Shown piece after piece: positions 9,743-18,661 of a DNA stretch of 64,000 nt. The notes below the pieces were generated by a model. That model ran no database searches. It saw only the letters and a list, made by a program, of their open reading frames with translations, and was not told the DNA's origin. The stretch's first letter is position 1, and the number at the start of each line of letters is the position of its first letter. The translations under genes and the position numbers were made by a program. The stretch spans positions 178,597-242,596 of IMG/VR virus record IMGVR_UViG_3300033153_015063; one strand, 5' to 3'.

Positions 9743-10372
9743 CTAACGTATCAGCCCTCTGTAGCCAATGGGGTTCCCATCCTCGGTTTGGACCAGCTCA
9801 TTGGGGGACCAGAGGTCCTTCCGATTCGGGGACTCTTTTCGGACCATCCACGACACGATGTAGGCCACTCCTACTTTGGGGGGAGGGAGGTTCTGAACTT
9901 GACCATAGATGGAACGATAGAGTGAGATTCCTCTGGTTTTCCTCAGTAACGTTGATGGTATGGTCACTCTGGCTACTTGCCCAGATGGGGGGATGATGAT
10001 TCCTTCATCTTCATCGGAAATGATCCCACAGGCCATCAGGTTGACGAACTCCACCATATCCTTTTTCTTCGCCCATTCCTTGCACTCTTCCCGGGTTGTG
10101 GCCCAGAGACCATCATCGTCCCAGGGGAGGACGTGAGACTCGTCCCTGTCTCCACGTTCCCAGTGGCTACCTTCATAGATCCTGATAAACAGATCACCTT
10201 TATCACCCCTGCACAGATGCCAGTCATCCTCGTCCCAATACTCCTGGTCCGATGGGTTAGGAGTAAGATTTGCATCAAACACAATCTCGTGAATCGTGTT
10301 CATTTCATCCTCGTCCACATAGAAGATGGATACGGTCTCACTCTCTCCCTCTTGCTTCGTTTCATCCGTCAC
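9743..10372 (-). CDS. acidic N-terminal domain plus conserved phage hypothetical domain
   Basis: IPPSGQVARV...LPPPKVGVAYIVS...RKDLWSP pattern seen in many phage proteins; preceded by the promoter cassette. Confidence 0.6.
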   Translation of the reverse strand: MTDETKQEGESETVSIFYVDEDEMNTIHEIVFDANLTPNPSDQEYWDEDDWHLCRGDKGDLFIRIYEGSHWERGDRDESHVLPWDDDGLWATTREECKEWAKKKDMVEFVNLMACGIISDEDEGIIIPPSGQVARVTIPSTLLRKTRGISLYRSIYGQVQNLPPPKVGVAYIVSWMVRKESPNRKDLWSPNELVQTEDGNPIGYRGLIR

Positions 10373-10409
10373 ATAATCACCTGCCGTTTCATCCTTGTCG
10401 ATAATCAGC

Positions 10410-10450
10410 CTTTATATAGTTTCATGGTTTTGAACCGTAAAAAGCGTAAA
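10410..10450 (-). promoter_or_regulatory. conserved promoter cassette, copy A (TTTACGCTTTTTACGGTT-N-TGAAACTATATAAAG)
   Basis: Motif recurs 7 times in intergenic DNA; contains a BRE/TATA-like element upstream of an RBS and start codon. Confidence 0.8.
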
Positions 10451-10534
10451 AGGATTGTTAGTTAGATGACCCGGACCTTGCGGCGAAGTGCTCGTAAGGT
10501 TCTCACTCCGTTCCATTTCCTGATGAGATATTTG

Positions 10535-11878
10535 TTAGAAATCAAAAACCCCCCCCGTCATACTGGGTTTACCATTCTTATTATCTGTAGAAACCCTTTT
10601 TTGTATCTCTTCAATCCTATCATCACTACTCTGTATTGAGAAATCATCTATCTCACCATACAGGTAGACACACTCAGTGTCTGTCAAGTCAGCGTAGTAT
10701 TTTAACAGTCTAACCATCTCGATGTCACCACGACAACATCTTACGAACAAGTTACCTGTATGCCGTAGGAACTCACGCCTATTTACCCTTGTCAAGCCCA
10801 CCTTTGTCAGCTTCCCTCGTATCCCACTCAACATCTTTGCTTCTTTCTCGTTGTATGGGAACCTGGTTTTCCACGTCCCGGGGTGTTTGATGTTCACGTG
10901 ACCTTTGATGGGATAGGGAGGTGTGACCGCAGTCAGAATTTTTTTTACCCACTTCCATGGCCGATAGTTGGTGTGCCTGACCTGTGAGAGTATGACATCG
11001 GCCATGGCAATTATTTCTGCCATATCATACCGTGCAAAACCATCGAAGCCATCTGTAATAGTCTCCAGTAAGAATAAGGTTAAAAGACCTGGGTCCTCCC
11101 GGTTCTCTACTGGCTTACCATAGATGATACCAGAGGTGACGGCAAATATGTCTGGGAAATAATCCTGACTGTCGATTTTCCCTTCTATTCCATTATGAAA
11201 AAGGTAGAGGGCATTGATGGCCGACCTGTAGTTTCCTCCCTTCTTCGATATCTCAATAAGCTTCTCATCTGATATTTTTACCTTCTCGGCCTTTACAATT
11301 TTCTTCAGATATGCTTTAATAGAACGATGGTCGGGTGCCCTCATCTTGAAAAATAGTGATTTATCTTTAACACTATCAGGTATCTTCTTGGCATCATTGC
11401 CCGTGATAACGATTGGATGTACTGTATCTTTGACAACACGTTCCAATATTTTCTTTGATTTTACCTTCAGATTATCTGCTTCGTCTATGATGATTACCTT
11501 AAGGTCGGTATCATCTATCGGTTCGTTTATTACAGCCATGTACAACTGTTTCATCTCTTTTTCTCGCCCATATTTACTTATATCGAACTCGATTGTTTTG
11601 ATACCATAGGTCTGCCCAAGAGTATGTGCAAATGTAGTTTTCCCGATGCCGTTCCTTCCAGTTAACACCACCGCCTTTTCCTTCGGAATACCCCGGAACC
11701 ATCTATCCATGAAATTGGCCAGGGCATCTTTGATATTTTTATATCCTTGAACATCCATCAGGTTCTTTGGTCGATACTTTTCATCCCAATTATCAGGGTC
11801 CGGTTCTGGTTCTGGCTTGGTCTCTACGGTGATGAAAAAATCGTCATCATCGTCTTCCGGCGTCACTATAGGATTCAT
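10535..11878 (-). CDS. rfcL: replication factor C large subunit
   Basis: WDEKYRPKNLMDV, Walker A GRNGIGKT, Walker B IIIDEADNL, C-terminal VFDF tail. Confidence 0.85.
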   Translation of the reverse strand: MNPIVTPEDDDDDFFITVETKPEPEPDPDNWDEKYRPKNLMDVQGYKNIKDALANFMDRWFRGIPKEKAVVLTGRNGIGKTTFAHTLGQTYGIKTIEFDISKYGREKEMKQLYMAVINEPIDDTDLKVIIIDEADNLKVKSKKILERVVKDTVHPIVITGNDAKKIPDSVKDKSLFFKMRAPDHRSIKAYLKKIVKAEKVKISDEKLIEISKKGGNYRSAINALYLFHNGIEGKIDSQDYFPDIFAVTSGIIYGKPVENREDPGLLTLFLLETITDGFDGFARYDMAEIIAMADVILSQVRHTNYRPWKWVKKILTAVTPPYPIKGHVNIKHPGTWKTRFPYNEKEAKMLSGIRGKLTKVGLTRVNRREFLRHTGNLFVRCCRGDIEMVRLLKYYADLTDTECVYLYGEIDDFSIQSSDDRIEEIQKRVSTDNKNGKPSMTGGVFDF

Positions 11879-11890
11879 GTTATCGCCTAC

Positions 11891-12124
11891 TCACTCTATC
11901 AATATTTTTCTTACTTCTTTAGATACAACTATTAACCCTTTACATTTCCTGAAGTTGTTGTACTCATTGCACAGTATTGGTCTCTCGAAGTCCCAACCAC
12001 TTTCATACTCATGTCCACATCTCTGGCACTTGTGTAGATAGACGGTCTTTTCAGAATACCCCCGTTCTCTGTCAATTTGTTTCTGCTTCTCTTTTTTCTC
12101 AAGCAGCTTTTTAAAATCAACCAC
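11891..12124 (-). CDS. small zinc-ribbon protein
   Basis: CQRCGHE...C motif; operon context. Confidence 0.5.
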   Translation of the reverse strand: MVDFKKLLEKKEKQKQIDRERGYSEKTVYLHKCQRCGHEYESGWDFERPILCNEYNNFRKCKGLIVVSKEVRKILIE

Positions 12125-12150
12125 TCATCTCACTCCTTTTATTACCTAAG

Positions 12151-12621
12151 TTAGAATCCATTACCCGTCTCATTGATTGTCAAAGTATTGTTGGATGACA
12201 TGGGCTTGACCTCCTCTACAAAATTTTCGTCTTGGATATCCCTGGTCCCGACCAACTTCATCTCTTTTCCGCACTCCTCACAAAGAGTTTCGGCCCCTAC
12301 TAAACCCCGTCCATAATATGCTTTGCACTCTGGACACCATGCGTCTTGGTCGTTGATGGGATGATATGTCAGGCGTCGTGGTTTTCCTTCTATCTCTGTT
12401 ATGATTTTATCGAAAACAACTTCGTAGTCAGAACCTTCTCCTTTGACACAGATGCTCTCGCCTCCTTTTTTCACTACAATATAAATGCGGTGTTTTTTGG
12501 TGTCTGAGACGTTATTACCAACGGAAGTAGATAGTGTGTACTCGTTCATGGCAACGATCCCGTAGCCATGTTCACGTAGTGCTTTGATGAAATCTTCAAA
12601 CTTCATTCCACTTCCTCCCAT
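12151..12621 (-). CDS. hypothetical protein with zinc ribbon
   Basis: CPEC...CEECG. Confidence 0.55.
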   Translation of the reverse strand: MGGSGMKFEDFIKALREHGYGIVAMNEYTLSTSVGNNVSDTKKHRIYIVVKKGGESICVKGEGSDYEVVFDKIITEIEGKPRRLTYHPINDQDAWCPECKAYYGRGLVGAETLCEECGKEMKLVGTRDIQDENFVEEVKPMSSNNTLTINETGNGF

Positions 12622-13010
12622 GGCCAGATAGCTTTTTCTCGTTTTTCAGATGCATAGTCACTGGTGTATGGTACACCCCTTTCATCCCAATTGGTCTCTC
12701 TTATAAGAAGTGTCAATTCGAATCCTTCTCCGTCATTACAGAACATGGTCCTGGTTTGTTGTTTATCCCCATACAGAAGACCTTCAATAGCAGATTTCAG
12801 GTCTACCAGTGATGCACGATTCAATACAATATGCACTTCAGAATGGTAGTGTGATTGACCGAACACGTGCATCAATGGGCCAGGGTCTGACACCGATACA
12901 ACATCGTTGGATTCGCACCAATTACATACGCATTTTCCATTGGGGAAATAAGTTGGTCTCCTACCACAGTTGTTGCACAACCAAAATTTATCTTCACTCA
13001 TTTTCATCAT
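12603..13010 (-). CDS. hypothetical protein with N-terminal zinc ribbon
   Basis: CNNCG...CNWC. Confidence 0.55.
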   Translation of the reverse strand: MMKMSEDKFWLCNNCGRRPTYFPNGKCVCNWCESNDVVSVSDPGPLMHVFGQSHYHSEVHIVLNRASLVDLKSAIEGLLYGDKQQTRTMFCNDGEGFELTLLIRETNWDERGVPYTSDYASEKREKAIWPWEEVE

Positions 13011-13012
13011 CC

Positions 13013-13243
13013 TCAGAAATCAAATACACTAGCTCTCTCCAATTCATGGTCATCATCACTCTCAACCTCTTCGTCAAAGGTGTCATCTTCTACCTCTTCG
13101 TGGCGACGTTCAGTAGCGTCTGTTCTGGTGCATGGTTTTCCAGCGAGACAGTTCCGATAGCAATGGTCACAGGTATGTCTTTCAATACCCATTCTCACAG
13201 TAGTATGTTCAGCCTCTGTGTTTTGACAACACTCACATTCCAT
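13013..13243 (-). CDS. small Cys-rich protein with acidic tail ending SVFDF
   Basis: CECC and CDHC; same terminal VFDF as RFC-L. Confidence 0.6.
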   Translation of the reverse strand: MECECCQNTEAEHTTVRMGIERHTCDHCYRNCLAGKPCTRTDATERRHEEVEDDTFDEEVESDDDHELERASVFDF

Positions 13244-13492
13244 CTACATACCTCGACTACTTGGCGAGAACAGTCTTTTGGCCTTATTTACAATCTCTCT
13301 ACTCTCATGCCAATTATTATGAGACCAGAGTGACTGCCTTTGATAAAGGTCACATTTGTCCACAGGCATGAAGAGTTCTTTAATTCGGGGGCTGAACCGG
13401 GCCCTGAGCTCATCAAACTTCCGCTGTGCTTCTTCCTGTTCCATACTCATCACGCCCACGTTCTTTGTTTTGTCTCGTTCCATCTTACACAC
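13244..13492 (-). CDS. hypothetical protein
   Basis: Operon context. Confidence 0.45.
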   Translation of the reverse strand: MCKMERDKTKNVGVMSMEQEEAQRKFDELRARFSPRIKELFMPVDKCDLYQRQSLWSHNNWHESREIVNKAKRLFSPSSRGM

Positions 13493-13509
13493 TCACCATC
13501 GTAATTGTT

Positions 13510-14121
13510 TCAATAACCCATCACGTCTGTCTTCTCATGGTCAGATGTTACCTCAGAGAATTTTCTACCAATGCCACGTAGTATGTTATTCAGTGGGGTC
13601 TCGATAACAACAATTGACATCTTTTTCCAGTTCATTTCAAAACCATCAGGCCATGGTTCATCCCAATCGAGAGAAATGACGTCAGTTGATGGGAATCCTC
13701 TGGGCGTTCCAGAAACATAGAAGAATTTTGGTTTATCGCCAATCCTATACTGTTTTCCCATCCACTCATTGCTATACATAGCGGCCCTGATATGAGCTGG
13801 GATTGCAATGATTACACCATTCTTCATCCTTCCATATTCATCGAATGGTTTCTTGATGCCAACACCTTTACCAAGACGGGTATGTTCTATCTCACCGTTG
13901 ATAACCATCAACCAACGTTCTGTAACATATCCGTCCATCATTGTGATTTTATTTTCATAGAGAAGTACTCGTAAAACATATGACATTAATTCCTTGGTCT
14001 CGGTTGCTGATGATGATACAATTATATCCATACCAGTTACATCCACTTTATCAAGGACCTTACCGCCCCGGTAGTCCTGCTTCGGTTCCAGCCCTCCGAA
14101 GAAATCTTCATCATCCAACAT
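13510..14121 (-). CDS. polB: family B DNA polymerase, C-terminal (thumb) subunit
   Basis: VDVTGMD...TKELMSYVLRVLL...KPFDEYG...PAHIRAAMYSN...IGDKPKFFYV is the PolB post-KKRY region; own GGAGG RBS. Confidence 0.8.
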   Translation of the reverse strand: MLDDEDFFGGLEPKQDYRGGKVLDKVDVTGMDIIVSSSATETKELMSYVLRVLLYENKITMMDGYVTERWLMVINGEIEHTRLGKGVGIKKPFDEYGRMKNGVIIAIPAHIRAAMYSNEWMGKQYRIGDKPKFFYVSGTPRGFPSTDVISLDWDEPWPDGFEMNWKKMSIVVIETPLNNILRGIGRKFSEVTSDHEKTDVMGY

Positions 14122-14122
14122 C

Positions 14123-14314
14123 TTAATCCTCCATTAATACTTTGAATTGCGGGTTTTCTTTCAGGTAATCTTTGGTATCCTGGAGCCATCCACAACTCCG
14201 GCAGGATAGGAGAGGGAAATAAACCTTCCGGTAACCTTTATTCTTTACCACTCTATTTTCTGGAAGAGCGGTTTTTTCACCACATCCAGGACACTCCACA
14301 GCTAATATTATCAT
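14123..14314 (-). CDS. 63-aa zinc-ribbon protein lying between the two PolB halves
   Basis: CPGCG...CRSCG; ATGA overlap with the upstream stop. Confidence 0.6.
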   Translation of the reverse strand: MIILAVECPGCGEKTALPENRVVKNKGYRKVYFPLLSCRSCGWLQDTKDYLKENPQFKVLMED

Positions 14315-16350
14315 TTTTTGAACACCAACCTACCACCATATTTTTTCTTTATTCCTTCACCACTTTTTTTGACCGAGAAGAATAGCCGTTTGTATATCTT
14401 CTCGAAACCAATACGGAACCGATGTTTTCCAGGGCTTATGTTCAACATCTCAGCGAACTCATCATATGTGGTGTTGAGATATTCGGCAATTTCATATCCC
14501 ATCGAAATTAATTCATCCAGTGTCATATCAGATTTGGCTGGGTCAGTCACGAACAAGCTGTCCGTGTCAGCATATAGCACATTATAACCAAGAGATTCAA
14601 TTTTCTCGGCAGAGTAATTTATGATTGATCTACCTACACTGGTAGTTGCTTCACCACAACGTACGTCCATAAGACGAAATCCGATGAAGCCCAATACTCC
14701 ATAAAATGCATTTGTAAGTGTCTTGAAAGAGAACTGCATCAACTCATATGTATTATAGAGGTCCGTACCAGGAACATTTTCATCTCTGGCATTTTTGTAG
14801 ACCTTTCGCTTCTCAATCATCTCAATAAGGATTGTAGGTATGATACCTTCCTTATCCTTACGAAACATATGGCCTGATGGTGTAGTTATATAGTCATCTG
14901 GTAATGGTTCACCATCAGATATGATAGTGGTTGGGTCGATGTCACATCCTATGATGATGTTGGGATAGAGTGAGTTCAGGTCGACCACCACCACGTTTTC
15001 ATGTAAACCAACAGGTGGTTCGAATACAGTTGCACCTTTGAATTTCTCTTCTCGTTCTTCTCCTCTGACTTGTGTTGGTAGTATCATTTTATTCCACAAT
15101 TTGTGGAAGATGTAGCTATCCAGTAGTTTTGAATTGTAAAAACATTCTTCGATGTCTGTACCTGCTGTGTTGACCACAGCCATATGATAGAACAGGACAT
15201 TCATTTTATCGTTGATTGCTTTCGTAAGTGCCACGTCTATAACATTGTATGCTGCAATGAGCTCACGGTCCCCCTCAAAATACTCCCATCCAAAACCATT
15301 TGGAAACGTCGACAACTTACCAGCTTTCAATTCACTGTTGGCGACAAAGTCGAGTTTTGAACTCTCAGGTAATCCTTTCAATAGTTTTTTCCAGCCACCC
15401 ATCGTGTCGAGGATAGGGATTCCAACGATGGGTCGCCTACCACCTCTGGCGTCGATACGACCAATTTCAGACAGCCGGGCTGGATTTACTCGCATTTCTT
15501 TCATCCGGCCCATGATTACAGGGATATCAAAACCATCAACCCACCATCCGCCGATAATATCGGTCTCCAGTTTATGTAGCATCTTCGGAATGGTCTGAAG
15601 CATACCAACCTCATCGACAGATTGAAAGTATCTGAGTGCCTGGTTATCGTGATGACCATGTGTGTTTATGATACGCACAACATCATTTTTAAGATACTCA
15701 TTCATATCTGGATTGCTTTCCAGATAATCTTTTATGTGTGCAACTACCTTATCATGGTCGATTTCGAGTTGATGGAGTAAATAGTACCTATCATGCTTCG
15801 GGGAATAAAATGAGACACAAAGGAACTCGCCTACTGGGTTTTCTCGGCTTGAGAATCCCTGTCTGTCATCAACCTCGATGTCGATGATAACGTAGTTTGG
15901 TTTGATTTCGGGCCTTTTTTCGTTTTCCCTGAGTGGAACAATCTCATCCTGGTGTATCTCATCACGATCTGGAATCCTGATAAATTCTTTGATGCCGAGA
16001 TCATAGCGACATTTGTCAGTGTAAATTACATCAGCCTGATAGGTCTTTGAGAAGAACTTACGGAGTTGACCCACGTCTCGTGGTAGTCTGGTTTCGATCT
16101 TCCAGGGATAACATCCGTCGATGGCTGGAACAGTTGAACGGGACACCTTGACGACACGTTCCAGATACTCATCAGAGAAATTGGGTTTCTCCGGTGTGTA
16201 GAAGTGGGGAGTTGTGCCCCTGACTCTGATGATACGACGCTTGTTGTCCTCATCACGTCCAAAAAGGATAAGAACCAACCCATCTTTATCCTCGGAGTAG
16301 GTAAGTGAGAATACGAAGAGTGAAATATATCGTTCCTTTGTCATCAACAA
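14311..16350 (-). CDS. polB: family B DNA polymerase, N-terminal subunit (exonuclease plus palm/fingers)
   Basis: ExoI DIEV, ExoII FDIP, ExoIII YNVID; motif A DLNSLYPNII, motif B KTLTNAFYG, motif C YADTDS; ends just after KKKYGG. Confidence 0.95.
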   Translation of the reverse strand: MLMTKERYISLFVFSLTYSEDKDGLVLILFGRDEDNKRRIIRVRGTTPHFYTPEKPNFSDEYLERVVKVSRSTVPAIDGCYPWKIETRLPRDVGQLRKFFSKTYQADVIYTDKCRYDLGIKEFIRIPDRDEIHQDEIVPLRENEKRPEIKPNYVIIDIEVDDRQGFSSRENPVGEFLCVSFYSPKHDRYYLLHQLEIDHDKVVAHIKDYLESNPDMNEYLKNDVVRIINTHGHHDNQALRYFQSVDEVGMLQTIPKMLHKLETDIIGGWWVDGFDIPVIMGRMKEMRVNPARLSEIGRIDARGGRRPIVGIPILDTMGGWKKLLKGLPESSKLDFVANSELKAGKLSTFPNGFGWEYFEGDRELIAAYNVIDVALTKAINDKMNVLFYHMAVVNTAGTDIEECFYNSKLLDSYIFHKLWNKMILPTQVRGEEREEKFKGATVFEPPVGLHENVVVVDLNSLYPNIIIGCDIDPTTIISDGEPLPDDYITTPSGHMFRKDKEGIIPTILIEMIEKRKVYKNARDENVPGTDLYNTYELMQFSFKTLTNAFYGVLGFIGFRLMDVRCGEATTSVGRSIINYSAEKIESLGYNVLYADTDSLFVTDPAKSDMTLDELISMGYEIAEYLNTTYDEFAEMLNISPGKHRFRIGFEKIYKRLFFSVKKSGEGIKKKYGGRLVFKK

Positions 16351-16393
16351 TCCTCCTTCTCGATGTTTTTGAACGGATTTCTCATTTCATCAC

Positions 16394-17143
16394 CTATTCA
16401 GTGTTTTCCAGGAGTCGGTTATTCAACTCTCGTTCACTATCAGCCAACTTGTTGAGCTCGTCAGCAACCCATTTCCAATCCCGGACAAGCTTCTGGTCTT
16501 CTGGTTCTCCACCATCTTCTCCTAATATTCGTAGTGGTTTATTTTCATCATCAAACTCGACCAGTACCCAGTGAAAATCATCATACAATTCTTTTTCTTT
16601 TTTATAGTATGTATAGTTGAGAATTTTCTGTTTGATTAAATCATCAGTGCTCATCACCTGGAATCTAACTACTCTCTTGTCCACTCCACCCAACTGTTCC
16701 CGGGCGAAGTTGAGTATCTCCTGCCAGTCCTCAATTTTCTTGGGCATCCTCTCGATGTCCTTCCGAACACACGCCTCGCACTGGTGGGCTTTTGAGTCAT
16801 CTCTTCTGGTCTTGTAAAGCTTCTCGGTCAGACCGTCGCACCACACACACTCATAACCCTGGAGTTGGAAACAAGTTTCCTGGCCGGTTCTGTGCCCACA
16901 GATAGACATGTAGACCCGTTCACACTTTGGGCAGACCAGGAAGAGGTCCGATTGACTGTCATCAGGAATAGAAGTCCTGTTGGCCGTGTTCAATTCTTCT
17001 CCGCACTTACACTCGATGACCTCGATGGCCGCCTGCTTTTCCACCACCAATGGCGTGTGATACTTTTCATAATCATTGTTCCATGCCATCTTTACCACAC
17101 CCCACCTCGTTGTCGTCCTGCCTCTATGGAAAGATTTTTCCAC
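16394..17143 (-). CDS. multi-zinc-finger hypothetical protein
   Basis: Several CxxC pairs; true start probably at MAWNND. Confidence 0.55.
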   Translation of the reverse strand: MEKSFHRGRTTTRWGVVKMAWNNDYEKYHTPLVVEKQAAIEVIECKCGEELNTANRTSIPDDSQSDLFLVCPKCERVYMSICGHRTGQETCFQLQGYECVWCDGLTEKLYKTRRDDSKAHQCEACVRKDIERMPKKIEDWQEILNFAREQLGGVDKRVVRFQVMSTDDLIKQKILNYTYYKKEKELYDDFHWVLVEFDDENKPLRILGEDGGEPEDQKLVRDWKWVADELNKLADSERELNNRLLENTE

Positions 17144-17655
17144 ATTGTCAGGTAGGCATTATGTGGACTCTTATCGTCATCTGTTATTCCACGTGCTACT
17201 CTTCTGAATATTTCAAGTAGTGCGTCGGTTTCGTCGAGGTATCGTAGATACCTGTCTTTCTCCATCATCCAGGGTGCCTTGTCAGTGATGTTGTCGTAAC
17301 GGTCTACCATCTTCAGGAGTTGAACCTCCCATCGTGCTGTTCTCATCCTCTTCAGCATATCAGCCTTCCGTTCCTTACGGGCCAGGCGGTTGTCATCTGT
17401 TACACCGACCACGATATCACCAACCACTTCTCCGAACTCAGAACGGATTGTTCCGTAGTTTACCCCACAATCTTCGATGGTATCATGTAGGAGAGCTGCT
17501 ATCACAACTCCATCGTATCGTTCGAAACCGAGTTCCCGAAGTGTCTCTGCAACCCTGATAGGATGGATGACGTAGGGGTCACCGGTTGTATCTCGTGTCT
17601 GGTGCCTGTGCTTCTCCATAGAGAACAGAAGAGCTTTGATGTAGATGTTGGTCAT
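17092..17655 (-). CDS. HD-domain hydrolase, SpoT/Mesh1-like
   Basis: HRHQTR...PYVIHPIRVA, AALLHDTIED, VTDD and LKMVDRYDN motifs. Confidence 0.8.
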   Translation of the reverse strand: MTNIYIKALLFSMEKHRHQTRDTTGDPYVIHPIRVAETLRELGFERYDGVVIAALLHDTIEDCGVNYGTIRSEFGEVVGDIVVGVTDDNRLARKERKADMLKRMRTARWEVQLLKMVDRYDNITDKAPWMMEKDRYLRYLDETDALLEIFRRVARGITDDDKSPHNAYLTMWKNLSIEAGRQRGGVW

Positions 17656-18197
17656 GGTTTCTCACTCCTTGGTTCAGTGTATGCTTTCAGCCATGCAAGA
17701 GCCACGATGAGTAGGGTCTTGAGCGGGGTGACTTCTTCGCCTTCAGGTATCTGGGTGACCATTTTAACAAAGTCAGTATCTTTCGGACGGAGCTGTACGA
17801 CCTTTAGGTGACTCATAACCCACGCCCCCAGGGGTTTTGATACACTTATAGGCCACTCCTCGAAGTTGAGAAAGTCCTGCACATCAGGAATCCAGAGTAG
17901 GTTGTGGTAAGGAACGGTGATGAGCTGACCTTTTATCTCTTCGACACAATCAATCATGTCCTGTCGGATGTCGTTGGTCTTGACGATGGATACGATACGA
18001 GGACTGTACTCCGGTTTTTTCTTGTCGAGGAGATGTATCTGAGGGAACCAGAAAGCCCTGCGTCCGAACCTGGGCCATCGTTCGTTGGGTAGTTTTTCCT
18101 GGGTCACTACCAGACAAACCTTAGCCAGAGCTCGAAGGTCGGGGTCCTCGATGAGTTCCAGGTTACGTTCAATCCATTTCTCCTCTCCATCTCTCAT
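17652..18197 (-). CDS. hypothetical protein
   Basis: Operon context, 4-bp overlaps. Confidence 0.55.
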   Translation of the reverse strand: MRDGEEKWIERNLELIEDPDLRALAKVCLVVTQEKLPNERWPRFGRRAFWFPQIHLLDKKKPEYSPRIVSIVKTNDIRQDMIDCVEEIKGQLITVPYHNLLWIPDVQDFLNFEEWPISVSKPLGAWVMSHLKVVQLRPKDTDFVKMVTQIPEGEEVTPLKTLLIVALAWLKAYTEPRSEKP

Positions 18198-18661
18198 GTA
18201 TCTACCTGCCTCAGGTTGTTATCTGCGATGAATCCCAATGCAAGAAACTCGGTTTTGAAAGAGTTAAGCCAATAGCTAGACCCAACTATCTGGACTGCGT
18301 AGACTTCTCCCCCTGTCTCAGTGGTGTGGTTGATAAACACTGGTATATCCTCAACCACACATATGGATAGTAAATACTCTACCTGTTCTTTGGAACTACT
18401 GATGTATGGGAGACCATCGTCCACAATCATTTTCCCTCTATCTCCATCTTTCACATTATTACCAGTTTGTAGTGCAAGTTCCCAGATTAATCTATGAAAT
18501 GCTTCGATGGCCCTGATACAGTTCTTGCAAGGTTTCCCATCACATACCCCGACGTCTTTCAATTCGATTTCAATCTTCGGGCTACACATAGCAGTTCCAC
18601 CAGTTGTGGTGTAGTGACTCTTCGAGAGTGGTTTATTATGGGACTTCCCCCACCACTTCAT
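18194..18661 (-). CDS. hypothetical protein
   Basis: Operon context. Confidence 0.5.
   Translation of the reverse strand: MKWWGKSHNKPLSKSHYTTTGGTAMCSPKIEIELKDVGVCDGKPCKNCIRAIEAFHRLIWELALQTGNNVKDGDRGKMIVDDGLPYISSSKEQVEYLLSICVVEDIPVFINHTTETGGEVYAVQIVGSSYWLNSFKTEFLALGFIADNNLRQVDT

Noticed and set aside
9743-10372. Possible AcrIII-1/DUF1874 ring nuclease
   Set aside because: The motifs do not match the AcrIII-1 sequences I recall; left as a conserved phage hypothetical.
17652-18197. MGMT/Ogt-like segment VTQIPEGEEVT
   Set aside because: Similarity is very short and the PCHR active-site motif is absent.
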